Below, one piece after another: positions 48,336-58,045 of a DNA stretch of 64,000 bases (position 1 is the stretch's first letter; each line of letters opens with the position of its first letter). A program made the position numbers and the translations under genes. Source of the DNA: a virus (Duplodnaviria; Caudoviricetes); the IMG/VR virus record IMGVR_UViG_2845860650_000005, positions 1 through 64,000 of that record, one strand, 5' to 3'. The notes under the pieces are model-generated. The model searched no databases and was not told the DNA's origin. It saw only the letters and a program-made list of their open reading frames with translations.

Positions 48336-48913
48336 GGCAACAATCCTTTAATCGCAGACTTCAACAAAACTTGATTTTGCATTTTACTGATATCGCACAC
48401 CTGAAAACTCCCACACCCAACTCTGGCTAAATTCGCCATAAATGCGATCGCCTTAGCATCGTCATCCGGGCCAATATACAAAGTTGAAATCGTCCCAGTT
48501 AGCTTTTCTGCTGCTTTTAGGGCAGCATCCGCATCATCTGGATGCCCGTCGCTAACTACTAAGGTGTGCTTGGGGGCATAGCTTATGGCTTGAATAATTG
48601 CCAACCGCACATCGGTATTGCCCAATGGTTCGGGAATTGATTGAAAGTTTGGGATGCGATCGCAATTCTGAGAGAAAACCAACACAATCTCATTTATCGC
48701 CAACGGTCTATTCACCGCGTCCCGCAAAACATCAATTTTGCGGCGACCATTTTCTACTTGTTGTTCCATCGACCCAGAAATGTCTAACAAAATCACCGTA
48801 GGCGATGCTGGATTGGCGTTTAACCTGGTGGCGTACTTTTCGACTTCCCCGGTGGGAGGAATTTTAGATGCTTGATTGATGAGGAGTTGTAGAGGATTAA
48901 CTAGATTACTCAT
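48332..48913 (-). CDS. von Willebrand factor A (vWA) domain protein
   Basis: MIDAS motif ILLDISGSM, GNT, VVSDGHPD. Confidence 0.9.
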   Translation of the reverse strand: MSNLVNPLQLLINQASKIPPTGEVEKYATRLNANPASPTVILLDISGSMEQQVENGRRKIDVLRDAVNRPLAINEIVLVFSQNCDRIPNFQSIPEPLGNTDVRLAIIQAISYAPKHTLVVSDGHPDDADAALKAAEKLTGTISTLYIGPDDDAKAIAFMANLARVGCGSFQVCDISKMQNQVLLKSAIKGLLP

Positions 48914-49548
48914 GCCTTAACCTCCTGAGCAATTCCAATCGCTTTGAGATACATAGCTAAATGCCTTGGCGACGGTTCCACGTTTCCCGTTCTACAGGGA
49001 ATAGAAATGTCTCCCTTCCAAGATTCAGCAATAGCTTCCAAAAAAGCTTTGAGTTGGTCTTGCTTGTCATCAAACCAACACCTGTTACCTTCACCCTCTA
49101 ATTCACCAGGGGCGTGATATTGATTGCCAGTAACGTACAAACACCACTTCCAAGTCCATCGGCGTCCCGCATCTTGAAAATAAATCCTCCTGTCTGCTCC
49201 ACGACTCCAAATATTAATATCAAAGTCTCCTTCATATCCCCACTGCCGAATCGCAGCAACGGCAGCAGACTTTATAGACCACTGGTTCTCAGTTTTTTCG
49301 ACTTGTTTTTCGATGTCTTGCTGACGCAGCTGCGCTTCAGCTTCTTTGGCTATCCGCTTGCGTTCTTCCTCTTGCTTCTCAATCCTCAATTTCTCTGCCA
49401 CGGCAAATTCAATCGCTGCTCGTTCTTGAGATGACAACACCTCCCCTTGGGCGGCCGCCCTGACCGCGCCTCCCCGCTTAATGGCTTCTGCCATCGCACC
49501 TTTTAATAATTGCAGTAGTTGGTCATCTGTTAAAATTGAAAAATCCAT
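48910..49548 (-). CDS. Hypothetical protein (probable start MDFSIL at 49548)
   Basis: GAGG RBS before the 49548 ATG; coiled coil followed by a Trp-rich domain. Confidence 0.7.
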   Translation of the reverse strand: MDFSILTDDQLLQLLKGAMAEAIKRGGAVRAAAQGEVLSSQERAAIEFAVAEKLRIEKQEEERKRIAKEAEAQLRQQDIEKQVEKTENQWSIKSAAVAAIRQWGYEGDFDINIWSRGADRRIYFQDAGRRWTWKWCLYVTGNQYHAPGELEGEGNRCWFDDKQDQLKAFLEAIAESWKGDISIPCRTGNVEPSPRHLAMYLKAIGIAQEVKA

Positions 49549-49601
49549 ATTTCCTCGCAATTTGGTAGTTCTAAGTAATGGGATGCTCCAACATCCCATT
49601 A

Positions 49602-49883
49602 CTAAACAATCATTACTGAATCTTCCCGAACCAGCATCCATCCATTTTTAGTAGACGATGCCAAAGCCCAACTTTGGCTACAGGCTCGTAAAATGTCGTT
49701 GACATATTTGGGTGCTATCCCCAATCGTTTCCCCATTTCTGTCGCCGTGTGCCAGTTACCATCTTTAAGGATCTCTAAAAGTGCGATCGCTCTTTGGGCA
49801 GTGACGGGGCAAGGGCTAGGGATTTTACCCTGCAATAAATCTGGGGCTAGCTCTTTGAGTTGAGCGATCGTTGAATTATCCAC
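49602..49883 (-). CDS. Small winged-helix DNA-binding protein
   Basis: LLEILKDGNWHTATEMGKRLGIAPKYV...L. Confidence 0.7.
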   Translation of the reverse strand: MDNSTIAQLKELAPDLLQGKIPSPCPVTAQRAIALLEILKDGNWHTATEMGKRLGIAPKYVNDILRACSQSWALASSTKNGWMLVREDSVMIV

Positions 49884-50410
49884 TAATAACCTCTGATTTC
49901 TTCAAGTTTACGCATATATTCACAGGCTACTTCGTATTTCGCATCTGTGGAGAACTGCGATCGCTCAAGCCCCCATTCATAATGGATGTCTTCAATTTTC
50001 TTAAGTAGCAGAGGCGTTAGTCCCTCTCTACCTTCAAATTCTTTTTGAAGATTTTCTACTGCAACTTGTTTTTGGTATTCAGCTAACTTTTCTTTAGCTA
50101 ATTTCTCAATCTCAGATTGAGAGATGACACGTCCATCATATTGAACGTCGTTCTCAATAGCAAAATTTTCTTCTGTCTCTAATTCTTGCTCGGCTTCTTT
50201 TACTAAAAGTTCCCACACTTCAGGGCTATCAATATTCGCCTTAATGTAAGAATCACGCTTGTTTTTCTCAGAATTACGACGTTCTAACTCTGATTCAAAT
50301 GCTTGTCTCCATTTAGGAGAATCAAGCTTATCAGCACCCCACTCTAAATACTCTGTGGGAATTTTGCTAATGTCAGACCCTTTATGTTTTCCAAAAGTTA
50401 TTGTAGTCAT
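49883..50410 (-). CDS. Protein with a DUF3820-like (FGKHKG) N-terminal domain
   Basis: ITFGKHKGSDISKIPTEYLEW. Confidence 0.75.
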   Translation of the reverse strand: MTTITFGKHKGSDISKIPTEYLEWGADKLDSPKWRQAFESELERRNSEKNKRDSYIKANIDSPEVWELLVKEAEQELETEENFAIENDVQYDGRVISQSEIEKLAKEKLAEYQKQVAVENLQKEFEGREGLTPLLLKKIEDIHYEWGLERSQFSTDAKYEVACEYMRKLEEIRGY

Positions 50411-50459
50411 AATTACCTCTTTTTCATATTTTTAATATTATACCCTTGAAGGGTATATG

Positions 50460-51437
50460 TCAATTAGGAAGATATTTTTGTTTTTCACCCCCCACCTGCT
50501 TATTCAAAGAAACCTTATCGCCTGCTGCCATCCCTGAAAAATAGCCTTCGTAAGACCTACAAGAAGGTCTGCTTGTCCTATTCTTAATCTTGAGGTTGGC
50601 TTTGGCGTAGGCATCTAATTCGGCTTCTAGCTTTTCGTAAAGCGATCGCACTACAATCGCAGATATGGGTTTTGATTCCCCAGAGGCAGCGATACCTTCA
50701 GATTTTTGTTTCTCTACAAGTTCGCTAATTCGAGTAGAGATGCGACTAGCACAACCAAGCCTGAAAGAATTTTTGTAAGCTCTATCGCCGTCTTCAAGAC
50801 TTGCCAACCTATCAACAGCACCAACCAAATACTCAAGTTGAATTTTGGCAGATGAAATATTAGATGGGCGTCCAAGCATCATTTGTTTGACTGTAGCGCC
50901 TCTACGAATAAAGGGCATACAGTAATTAGCATCAGCTACAGCATTGAGTAAAATCTCCTTCCAAGAAACTGACCGCCCCGTTTCTTCAATAACTTGCTGT
51001 TCGACTTCTTCAGGGGAGTTGTCCTCCAAATCTGCCATCGACAACTGATAGCGAGTTAATAGTTCTTGGGCTTTGGACATAGCCTCTGCGGCTTCTGCTT
51101 CGTTGGGCGACTGGGACAGGGCAAGCAGTTTTTTGATTTTGTCCCCAATTTTTTCAAGGTTAGGGGGTGGAGAGGTGTGGGGAGGCGGAGAAGAATTTTC
51201 TGTTTCTTCCTTAAGATACTCAATAAATTTCTCAACCTCATCTTTCCAAAAACAGTAATTATCCCAATTTTTAAAGCTTTTACGCTTCCAGATATTACTG
51301 TCTTCTTCCTTAAAAAATTGTTTTGATTCTAATAACCGCTTGGCTTTGTTATGTACCAAAATATTAGAGTCAAAATTACTAATTTCTACACCGATAGCAG
51401 TTGCATAAAATATAGCTTTAATCTCCATTAAACCCAC
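50460..51437 (-). CDS. DUF2786 domain protein
   Basis: KIKKLLALSQSPNEAEAAEAMSKAQELLTRYQLS; SFRLG; G..AGDKVSLNKQV. Confidence 0.88.
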   Translation of the reverse strand: MGLMEIKAIFYATAIGVEISNFDSNILVHNKAKRLLESKQFFKEEDSNIWKRKSFKNWDNYCFWKDEVEKFIEYLKEETENSSPPPHTSPPPNLEKIGDKIKKLLALSQSPNEAEAAEAMSKAQELLTRYQLSMADLEDNSPEEVEQQVIEETGRSVSWKEILLNAVADANYCMPFIRRGATVKQMMLGRPSNISSAKIQLEYLVGAVDRLASLEDGDRAYKNSFRLGCASRISTRISELVEKQKSEGIAASGESKPISAIVVRSLYEKLEAELDAYAKANLKIKNRTSRPSCRSYEGYFSGMAAGDKVSLNKQVGGEKQKYLPN

Positions 51438-51991
51438 TCCCTATAAACTAATTTCAGCTTGAGTAAAATCTCCAAAGTAATATCGCTATCTAAGCCCGAT
51501 TTTTCAGCAATTTCATCCAATCGTACTTCCCCGAACCACCCCATACACCAACTAAAGGCATTAGTTATTCGAGTATCCAAGTCCTCTTCAAAAAAGTGTT
51601 GCCCATGCAGTGATTTGGGAGGATGATTAATTCGTTTGTAGAAAATATCAGATTTATTCCCAGATTCATCGGTTAGCTGGCTTAAATAAATCTCCAATCT
51701 GATATCATTCCAGATGCCATCGTAGTAGCTTTTACAGTTTTTAAGTAAACCAAATTCACCTACAAAGTCATCGTAGAAATGATTGAGTTGTTCCCGTAAG
51801 CGATCGCACTTTTGGTCATCCTCCTCAGTCGTTTCTGCCTTAAGAAGTTCTTCAATAATTGAAACACCTTCTATCAGGCACTTCATCACTTCTATCTGTT
51901 CGATTGGTGCGTCAATTGGCTGAAATGTTCCCGGCAAAATGGGAACTTTAGAAGGCGTATCAGAATGCTTTTTATCTATGTCCCAAATCAA
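51428..51991 (-). CDS. Middle segment of a DarB-like methylase-helicase encoded as a separate gene (frame open upstream to 52222)
   Basis: RLREQLNHFYDDFVGEFG.L, KSDIFYKRI, AFSWCMGWFGEVRLDEIAEKSG. Confidence 0.75.
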   Translation of the reverse strand: MIWDIDKKHSDTPSKVPILPGTFQPIDAPIEQIEVMKCLIEGVSIIEELLKAETTEEDDQKCDRLREQLNHFYDDFVGEFGLLKNCKSYYDGIWNDIRLEIYLSQLTDESGNKSDIFYKRINHPPKSLHGQHFFEEDLDTRITNAFSWCMGWFGEVRLDEIAEKSGLDSDITLEILLKLKLVYREWV

Positions 51992-52155
51992 CCCCTGGTG
52001 GGCATTTTTGAATGAGATGCCCAGATGTCCATTGAAGAAACAAAATACTCCGCCACGAAACCTCTCAGTCCACTTTAAATCGTCATCGCCTAATATAATT
52101 GGAGATGTTTGAAAAACAACCGTGGGCGTAAAATCTGGGACGAACCTTTGATATG

Positions 52156-52548
52156 TTACGCCTTTTTCTTTCTCAATTGCTGCAATCTCTTGTTGGCGGA
52201 GGTATCGAACTTTTTTAGGCGCTCAACTTCCTCCTCTAAATAGCGAACTTTTTCTAGAAGTTGCTTAATTTCTGGGTAATCTTGTGCTATTGGTTCTTGC
52301 TGAATCGGTTGTGGTTCTGTACTTTTGAATTTGTTACAAAGCTCTTTAGTTTGTCTAAACCAAAATTCAAATGATTCAGTCCTGGCTTCTGCAAATTCAG
52401 ACCTTTCCCATTGGTCTGATTGTAATTGCCGAAATTTCTTAGACTCCAGCATTTTTTTGAGAGTCTGGCATGTGGGGTCACTAGGACTAAACCCCACTAA
52501 AGAAATCCTGATTAGTTTGGATTCGATGTAAGAAGCTTTTAGTTGCAT
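52156..52548 (-). CDS. Hypothetical protein with a C-terminal coiled coil
   Basis: 130-aa ORF. Confidence 0.65.
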   Translation of the reverse strand: MQLKASYIESKLIRISLVGFSPSDPTCQTLKKMLESKKFRQLQSDQWERSEFAEARTESFEFWFRQTKELCNKFKSTEPQPIQQEPIAQDYPEIKQLLEKVRYLEEEVERLKKFDTSANKRLQQLRKKKA

Positions 52549-52668
52549 AGTGAAGGCAGAAGGAAGAGGGCAGAAGGCAGAAGGATGAATTTACCCTTCT
52601 GCTTTGAAAAGTGGTAAAATGAACGTGTCAATTAATATCTAGAATCAATCTGTGCTGAGGGGCGCAGA

Positions 52669-53130
52669 TTATTTTTTTAGGAAGCGCTCGTTGACGATTT
52701 CTTTCAACCTATCTCCGTATTTTTTAATCAAAAAAGCTTTGATTTTAGGCGAATATTTAGCCTTTATTACTGGGTATTCGCCTTCTTCCATATCGCAGAG
52801 AATAAACACAGTTTGAGTCCTGCACCAACGCTTTAATAGGTTCTTTTCCTCGCGTTTAGCAATAATCTCATCAATTAACTCATCACCTTGTTCAAAATTG
52901 AATTTAAATTTACCCTGCTTATCTAAATATTCAATGTGTTGGTTGTATAAAGCTTCCCATTCTCTACTTTGCCAATACCAGTCGTGACATCCTCCTGTAC
53001 CTCCGTTGGATACGGTCGCTGCAAATTTGCTGTTGATATAAAGTTTGGCTTCAAACCTCACTGTTTCTTCACCACCAGCAATTTTGATAGCTTTAAGTTC
53101 TAGCTTGAATGTTTCAGGATTGTAGTTCAT
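52669..53130 (-). CDS. Hypothetical phage protein
   Basis: EETVRFEAKLYIN...VSNGGTGG motif; AGGAG RBS. Confidence 0.75.
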   Translation of the reverse strand: MNYNPETFKLELKAIKIAGGEETVRFEAKLYINSKFAATVSNGGTGGCHDWYWQSREWEALYNQHIEYLDKQGKFKFNFEQGDELIDEIIAKREEKNLLKRWCRTQTVFILCDMEEGEYPVIKAKYSPKIKAFLIKKYGDRLKEIVNERFLKK

Positions 53131-53144
53131 GATTTTTTCTCCTA

Positions 53145-54137
53145 TTAAGTTGGGCCTGCTGTATCTTTACTAAATGCACCCATCGGCATTTCCCACTTGC
53201 TAGGCGGAACAATTACCGACTTGTAATAAACGGGGGACACTGCCAATTTGATATCTTCATCTTTCATATCAAAAGGTTTACCCCTAGCTACTCGCTCCAT
53301 CACTGATAAAGTGCGATGAATCGTGTAAGTTTTGCCTTCTTTTTGTTGCCAATATCCGCTAAATTGGCGCTCGTATTCGGCAATTTGATTTACTTTGTGC
53401 GGTGCAATTTTGTACACAGATGCTAGTTGGTCATCTGATGCAAAAATGCACATTTGGCAAGATGCTCTACCAAACCCCAGGTAATAACAGGGATGACATA
53501 AAAGCGAGTACTTTTGTGCAATGATGAACGTATCCTCACTACTCCAATCAATCACGGGACGCCAATGGTCAACGTGCCTTGATTGGCAATGAGTTCTATG
53601 AGATTCAAATTCTAAATATTTGCTTCTAGCACTTGATTCTTGTCTGCGCTCGCCAGTTATTACTAAAGTGCGTTTACCCTTAAATCTGGATTGGTTATTA
53701 ATAGCTGCATCTGCAACTCCAATCTTGCCATAACTACTACACCACCTCGTACTCATCCCAGCAGAAAGCTGAGGAAAACGCAATCTCGTACCTAATTTAT
53801 TGCTACCACCCCCCGCAGTCTTTAAACCCTCTGGAGTTTCAAAAAATGTAGCGGCAGTAGGTAAATTATACCGCAACATTTCTCTTTCTAATCCGCCACT
53901 TCTCCAGCTATAGTAAAGCTTGATTCCAAGTGCTTGACAAAGTACTCTTACATAATCTTCAGTGCATTCCCAATCAAAAAGTAGGGGGTTTTCTCTGCCA
54001 TCAACTAAATGATGCCAGCACTCTATTTTTGATTTATGTACGCCCAATTCTAGTAGATAAAGCAGGCAGGCGACGCTATCTTTACCACCGCTAAGGGCTA
54101 CGATTACATAATCGTAGCTTGCTAAATCTGGTGTCAT
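53145..54137 (-). CDS. Phosphoadenosine phosphosulfate (PAPS) reductase family protein
   Basis: PP-loop ALSGGKDS, RWCS..GK, TGERRQES..R, RPVIDW, HPCY..GFGRASC..CIF. Confidence 0.92.
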   Translation of the reverse strand: MTPDLASYDYVIVALSGGKDSVACLLYLLELGVHKSKIECWHHLVDGRENPLLFDWECTEDYVRVLCQALGIKLYYSWRSGGLEREMLRYNLPTAATFFETPEGLKTAGGGSNKLGTRLRFPQLSAGMSTRWCSSYGKIGVADAAINNQSRFKGKRTLVITGERRQESSARSKYLEFESHRTHCQSRHVDHWRPVIDWSSEDTFIIAQKYSLLCHPCYYLGFGRASCQMCIFASDDQLASVYKIAPHKVNQIAEYERQFSGYWQQKEGKTYTIHRTLSVMERVARGKPFDMKDEDIKLAVSPVYYKSVIVPPSKWEMPMGAFSKDTAGPT

Positions 54138-54379
54138 GTTTGTGCAATATCTTGAGATTCAGCATCGACAATTTTTAAGAAAACTATTCTAGTTTCACCA
54201 TCCTCACAATCTACAAACAACCGAGCCGATTTAGATGATGCTAAATTTTCTAATAAATCACCAGCTTTTTCATAAATTGTTTCACCCTCATCAACAATAA
54301 TTGAGCATTCAAATTGAATGTTACCCAACATCACAAATTTGTCCATATTACCTCTCACTTGGCAAGCACAAAATTTCAT
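54134..54379 (-). CDS. Hypothetical protein (start may be MDKFV)
   Basis: Short ORF with ATGA coupling to the PAPS reductase gene. Confidence 0.6.
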   Translation of the reverse strand: MKFCACQVRGNMDKFVMLGNIQFECSIIVDEGETIYEKAGDLLENLASSKSARLFVDCEDGETRIVFLKIVDAESQDIAQT

Positions 54380-55187
54380 CAGATAGCCACAGTTTTATCT
54401 TGGGTAGTGGAAAATCGGTATACTCAATTTCTTGAGTAACTACAATTTGGTTAGTATCCCAAGCACCAGTTAAAACTGCTTGATTCCCATCTGTTCTAGT
54501 TAATTCCCAAATTTGAAAACCTTCACTCATGGGAGAATTTTTAACTTCGTTGCTCAACTGCCAAGATGCGATCGCATCTAGCAGCCAATAACAATTAGCC
54601 TCAGATGCCAAATACTTGACACCCTCCGAGTAATTGAAAAATCTAGAGTAATGGCGATAGCAATTGTCGCTACCGCCATAAAAACTAGCTAACTCTCTAC
54701 TAATTTCTTCAGCGTCAGGGAAGACAGAAGTATTAGCTTTTTCTTGTTCCTTATTCGCTTGATTTTGTATATTTCTCTTACTCTTCCCTTCTGCCTTCTG
54801 CCTTCTGCCTCCTGCCTTCTCTTCTGGGTAAGTTAGTCCAAATTTTTCGGCGCAGATGGGGCCGTAACCAACTTCTAGAGAACGCTCATCAGTGAGAGGC
54901 AATGAGCAAAAACAGCAGTTCTTGTGCAACTTACCAAAACTCGCTACATAAGAAACTGGATTCTTTGCAAATGAGCGCAAATCATCTTCCAATCCTGGCA
55001 AAATGTTTGATTGATTTAGGGTCAAATTTCCATCAGTTTCAATCCTGGCGTACCATCCTTGCTTATTGACCGGAACAACATAAACAGCACCAACGTATTT
55101 ACCAGATTTACTGCGATATAATTGAATTTCAGTTAATTTAATCTTGGGATTCTTCAAGCTACCAGACGCTTTTTCAAACAACTGCAA
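54348..55187 (-). CDS. DUF6011-like Zn-finger plus DUF6876-like domain protein
   Basis: CCFCSLPLTDERSLEVGYGPICA; YSEGVKYLA....CYWLLDAIAS...QEIEYTDFPL. Confidence 0.8.
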   Translation of the reverse strand: MQLFEKASGSLKNPKIKLTEIQLYRSKSGKYVGAVYVVPVNKQGWYARIETDGNLTLNQSNILPGLEDDLRSFAKNPVSYVASFGKLHKNCCFCSLPLTDERSLEVGYGPICAEKFGLTYPEEKAGGRRQKAEGKSKRNIQNQANKEQEKANTSVFPDAEEISRELASFYGGSDNCYRHYSRFFNYSEGVKYLASEANCYWLLDAIASWQLSNEVKNSPMSEGFQIWELTRTDGNQAVLTGAWDTNQIVVTQEIEYTDFPLPKIKLWLSDEILCLPSER

Positions 55188-55207
55188 AATACTTGAAAAA
55201 TCCCCTT

Positions 55208-57715
55208 TTACTTTCCCGCCTTATCTAATTCTTCTAAATTAAACCCTTCTTCCTCATCTTCTTCAAACGCTGGAGAATCTGCTGCTTCATCAGATTCATC
55301 AGGAAAGTCTGGGGACTCTTCACTTTGCTCTGATTCATCAGGAAATACTGGCAATTCTTTTTCATCAGACTCATCAGGAAACACTGGACTATCTAAGTCC
55401 CCCTCCTCATCTTCAGCTAATCCCAACTCTTTTAATTCACTATGCAAGCGATCGCACTCTTGTTGTAAATCTTCAATTGTTCGTTGTTGGCACTCAATTG
55501 ATTGTTGTTTTTGGTTGCACTTATTTTCTAAGTCTGTGTAAGAGTTTTGAAAACTAAGCATTTCGCCCCTAACTTGCTCAAGTGCCACCGCTAATTCATC
55601 CCTCTCTGATTTCACTTTTTCGAGTTCTTCTTTGAGGGACTTTGCTTCAGCAAGACTATTTTTGTGTTCTACCTTAAGTCGCTCTATGATGTTTGTGCCA
55701 ATGCTCTCGGATAATGTTTCTAACTTGGTATCTATTAATTGTGCGATCGCATCTAACAACTTGTTAGATGTAGTTGCTGTTGATTTTTCTGGTAATTTCT
55801 CTTCTTTAGAGGCAGAATTGTACTTACGACGATTTGGGGTTTGCTCCACTGGTTCGTCAGGGCTAATTTCATAAGCACCGAAATTCTGGTCTTTGCAAGC
55901 TTTCACCCATCCTCGGCATTTAGTCATTAACTGTTCTGAAAAAGTCGTGCAATAAAGCTTAGGGTTTGTTTTAGCCTGTTGGAATCCAGCAGCTAGCAAC
56001 TTAGCGATGAAATCAACTGCATTTTTAGTGTCTGTTTTGCAATCTGGTGGCAGATGAATTTCAATACCCTTTTGCTTGGGATTTTCTCTAAGAATGAATG
56101 AAAACACAGAACTGTTTTTGAATTTGTCAGCAGGAATTACAGTGGCCATTTTAAATACCTCTAGTTTTTGGTTGAATTCTGGAGTGTTGAAAATTGATGT
56201 AATGGTTTGTTCGTCCTTGTAAATCACCCATTCCGAACAAACGTTATATTCAGAATCAATGCAGATATGGCTAACAATTTCGCCATCTGGATTGACTAAA
56301 GTAACTAAACCTTCTATAAGTTCGTGGGTGTAAATGGATTCACCAATCGCCTTAAGCCCGACCCAAGGGTAAATATCGAAGTAATCACCTTGTTCGTTAT
56401 CCGATAAATGCCAGTTGTAGGCTCTTATTGCAGCTTCGTAAACATCATTGCCAGGGAAGGTATGCTTACGGTATCTATCTGGAGTGCGCTTGATATTGCG
56501 ATCGCTCTTATCAACCGCAAACCATTCGCCCTTGTTCTTGGTTTCCCAGACGGTAATGAACCCATCGGGGATGTAAAATTTGCACGACGAGTCATCAAGC
56601 TTTTTAAGCGTCCATAGATGCTGTTGTTCCATAAATAACGAGTTGAGTAACGTTTTGAACTCTCCCAAAACATCCTGATTTGGACGCGCCTTAAGAGCGA
56701 CTGTTGTTGTCGGGTTCCCGTTCTTGCCCCGCAAGTTACTGCACACAGGTTCGCCAATTAAGTACTTGGGATTTTCCAAATACCAATTACTCAAATAAGC
56801 TGGTCTGCCGTCGTAACCAACAATGCCAGGGAAGGCAGAAGTACGAAGGCAGAAGGCAGAAGGATGAGTTTCTTCCCTTCTGCCTTCTGCCCTCTGCCCT
56901 CTGCCTTCTTGAACCCGTCGCCGCAACAGAATTAAGTCGGTGGTGACTTCGGTTTCCCCAACGTGCGAACCACTGGGCAGTCGCACCGCTCCCAAGAATT
57001 CGCATTTACCATGCACCCATTCCCGAAACCTTATGTAATCAGGGGTGCGAGAATCTAGGGTGTTGGTGCTGGTAAGCAATGCTAGCAATCCCCCAGGTAG
57101 AAGATGTGCGATCGCAGTGACAAAGAATTGAGCGTGAAGCCCAATTCTCAAGCACTTCCCGTCCAGCTTCATCGACTGAACGCCATTAGTAAAAGGGACG
57201 TTGCCGATTACCAGATTGAATTTTTCAGGGTAAGACCATCTCAAAAAGTCCTTATGGTAAATCTGTGCTGTGGGATGGGCTAACTTAGCGATCGCAGCAG
57301 ATAACTCATCTTTCTCGACTCCTACGTATTTGAAGAAACTGGGCATCTCCACAGCAAACCCACCCACGCCGCATCCAGGATCTAGAACTCTATCACCTGG
57401 GGTAAGGTGTGGCGTGAGGACATCCCACAAAACCTGCCGCACTTCGGGCGAAGTGTAGTGAGCGTTTTGCAACCCGACATTTTGTAGTGATGCCCACTCC
57501 TCCATGTTGAGGAATTCAAGAAGTTGGAGTTTGCCCAACCTCAACCATTCGGGTTTGTTTTTCTCTAAGAAAACGCCGCACTCTTTCAACACCCCACCAC
57601 CGGGGAACTGCATTAAAATAGCCCTCTCGGAATCCGTGAGGGCTAGGGGTTTGGATTTAATGATTTTTATTGCCGCGATCGCATTTTCAAGATGCTGTTT
57701 CTTGCTGCACATCAC
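55208..57715 (-). CDS. N6-adenine DNA methyltransferase (DarB-like N-terminal part) with coiled-coil and acidic C-terminal extension
   Basis: AIAAIKIIK...ERAIL..F.GGG, NAHYTS, VLDPGCGVG.F, IGNVPF, FLGAVRLP, TEVTTDLILLRR. Confidence 0.88.
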   Translation of the reverse strand: MMCSKKQHLENAIAAIKIIKSKPLALTDSERAILMQFPGGGVLKECGVFLEKNKPEWLRLGKLQLLEFLNMEEWASLQNVGLQNAHYTSPEVRQVLWDVLTPHLTPGDRVLDPGCGVGGFAVEMPSFFKYVGVEKDELSAAIAKLAHPTAQIYHKDFLRWSYPEKFNLVIGNVPFTNGVQSMKLDGKCLRIGLHAQFFVTAIAHLLPGGLLALLTSTNTLDSRTPDYIRFREWVHGKCEFLGAVRLPSGSHVGETEVTTDLILLRRRVQEGRGQRAEGRREETHPSAFCLRTSAFPGIVGYDGRPAYLSNWYLENPKYLIGEPVCSNLRGKNGNPTTTVALKARPNQDVLGEFKTLLNSLFMEQQHLWTLKKLDDSSCKFYIPDGFITVWETKNKGEWFAVDKSDRNIKRTPDRYRKHTFPGNDVYEAAIRAYNWHLSDNEQGDYFDIYPWVGLKAIGESIYTHELIEGLVTLVNPDGEIVSHICIDSEYNVCSEWVIYKDEQTITSIFNTPEFNQKLEVFKMATVIPADKFKNSSVFSFILRENPKQKGIEIHLPPDCKTDTKNAVDFIAKLLAAGFQQAKTNPKLYCTTFSEQLMTKCRGWVKACKDQNFGAYEISPDEPVEQTPNRRKYNSASKEEKLPEKSTATTSNKLLDAIAQLIDTKLETLSESIGTNIIERLKVEHKNSLAEAKSLKEELEKVKSERDELAVALEQVRGEMLSFQNSYTDLENKCNQKQQSIECQQRTIEDLQQECDRLHSELKELGLAEDEEGDLDSPVFPDESDEKELPVFPDESEQSEESPDFPDESDEAADSPAFEEDEEEGFNLEELDKAGK

Positions 57716-58034
57716 AATCTTTAATTACTGAAAAAGTCATGTTTGTTCTGTCAACGTCACAAACAAAGACAGGTAAAAACTGTTTTAGAATTGTAAATTC
57801 TGCATCGTTTAGAGGTCTGTGGTTTTCTACCCAGCAATTCAAACCCTCAAATTCAACCGAGCATAAAGCCTCTGACACTAAAACTGCTACTGTTGACAGT
57901 ATTTCGGGATGGAATTCACTATTTTCGGATGAATTCAATACCGCTATCCCATAAGTAAAAATGTCTGGACTAGATTCATTTTCTTCGAGAAAAACACATT
58001 CAGAACCTAATGCAACTTTAACAAATAACTTCAT
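57687..58034 (-). CDS. Hypothetical protein
   Basis: 115 aa; GGAGG RBS. Confidence 0.7.
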   Translation of the reverse strand: MKLFVKVALGSECVFLEENESSPDIFTYGIAVLNSSENSEFHPEILSTVAVLVSEALCSVEFEGLNCWVENHRPLNDAEFTILKQFLPVFVCDVDRTNMTFSVIKDCDVQQETAS

Positions 58035-58045
58035 TTTGATTCCTC

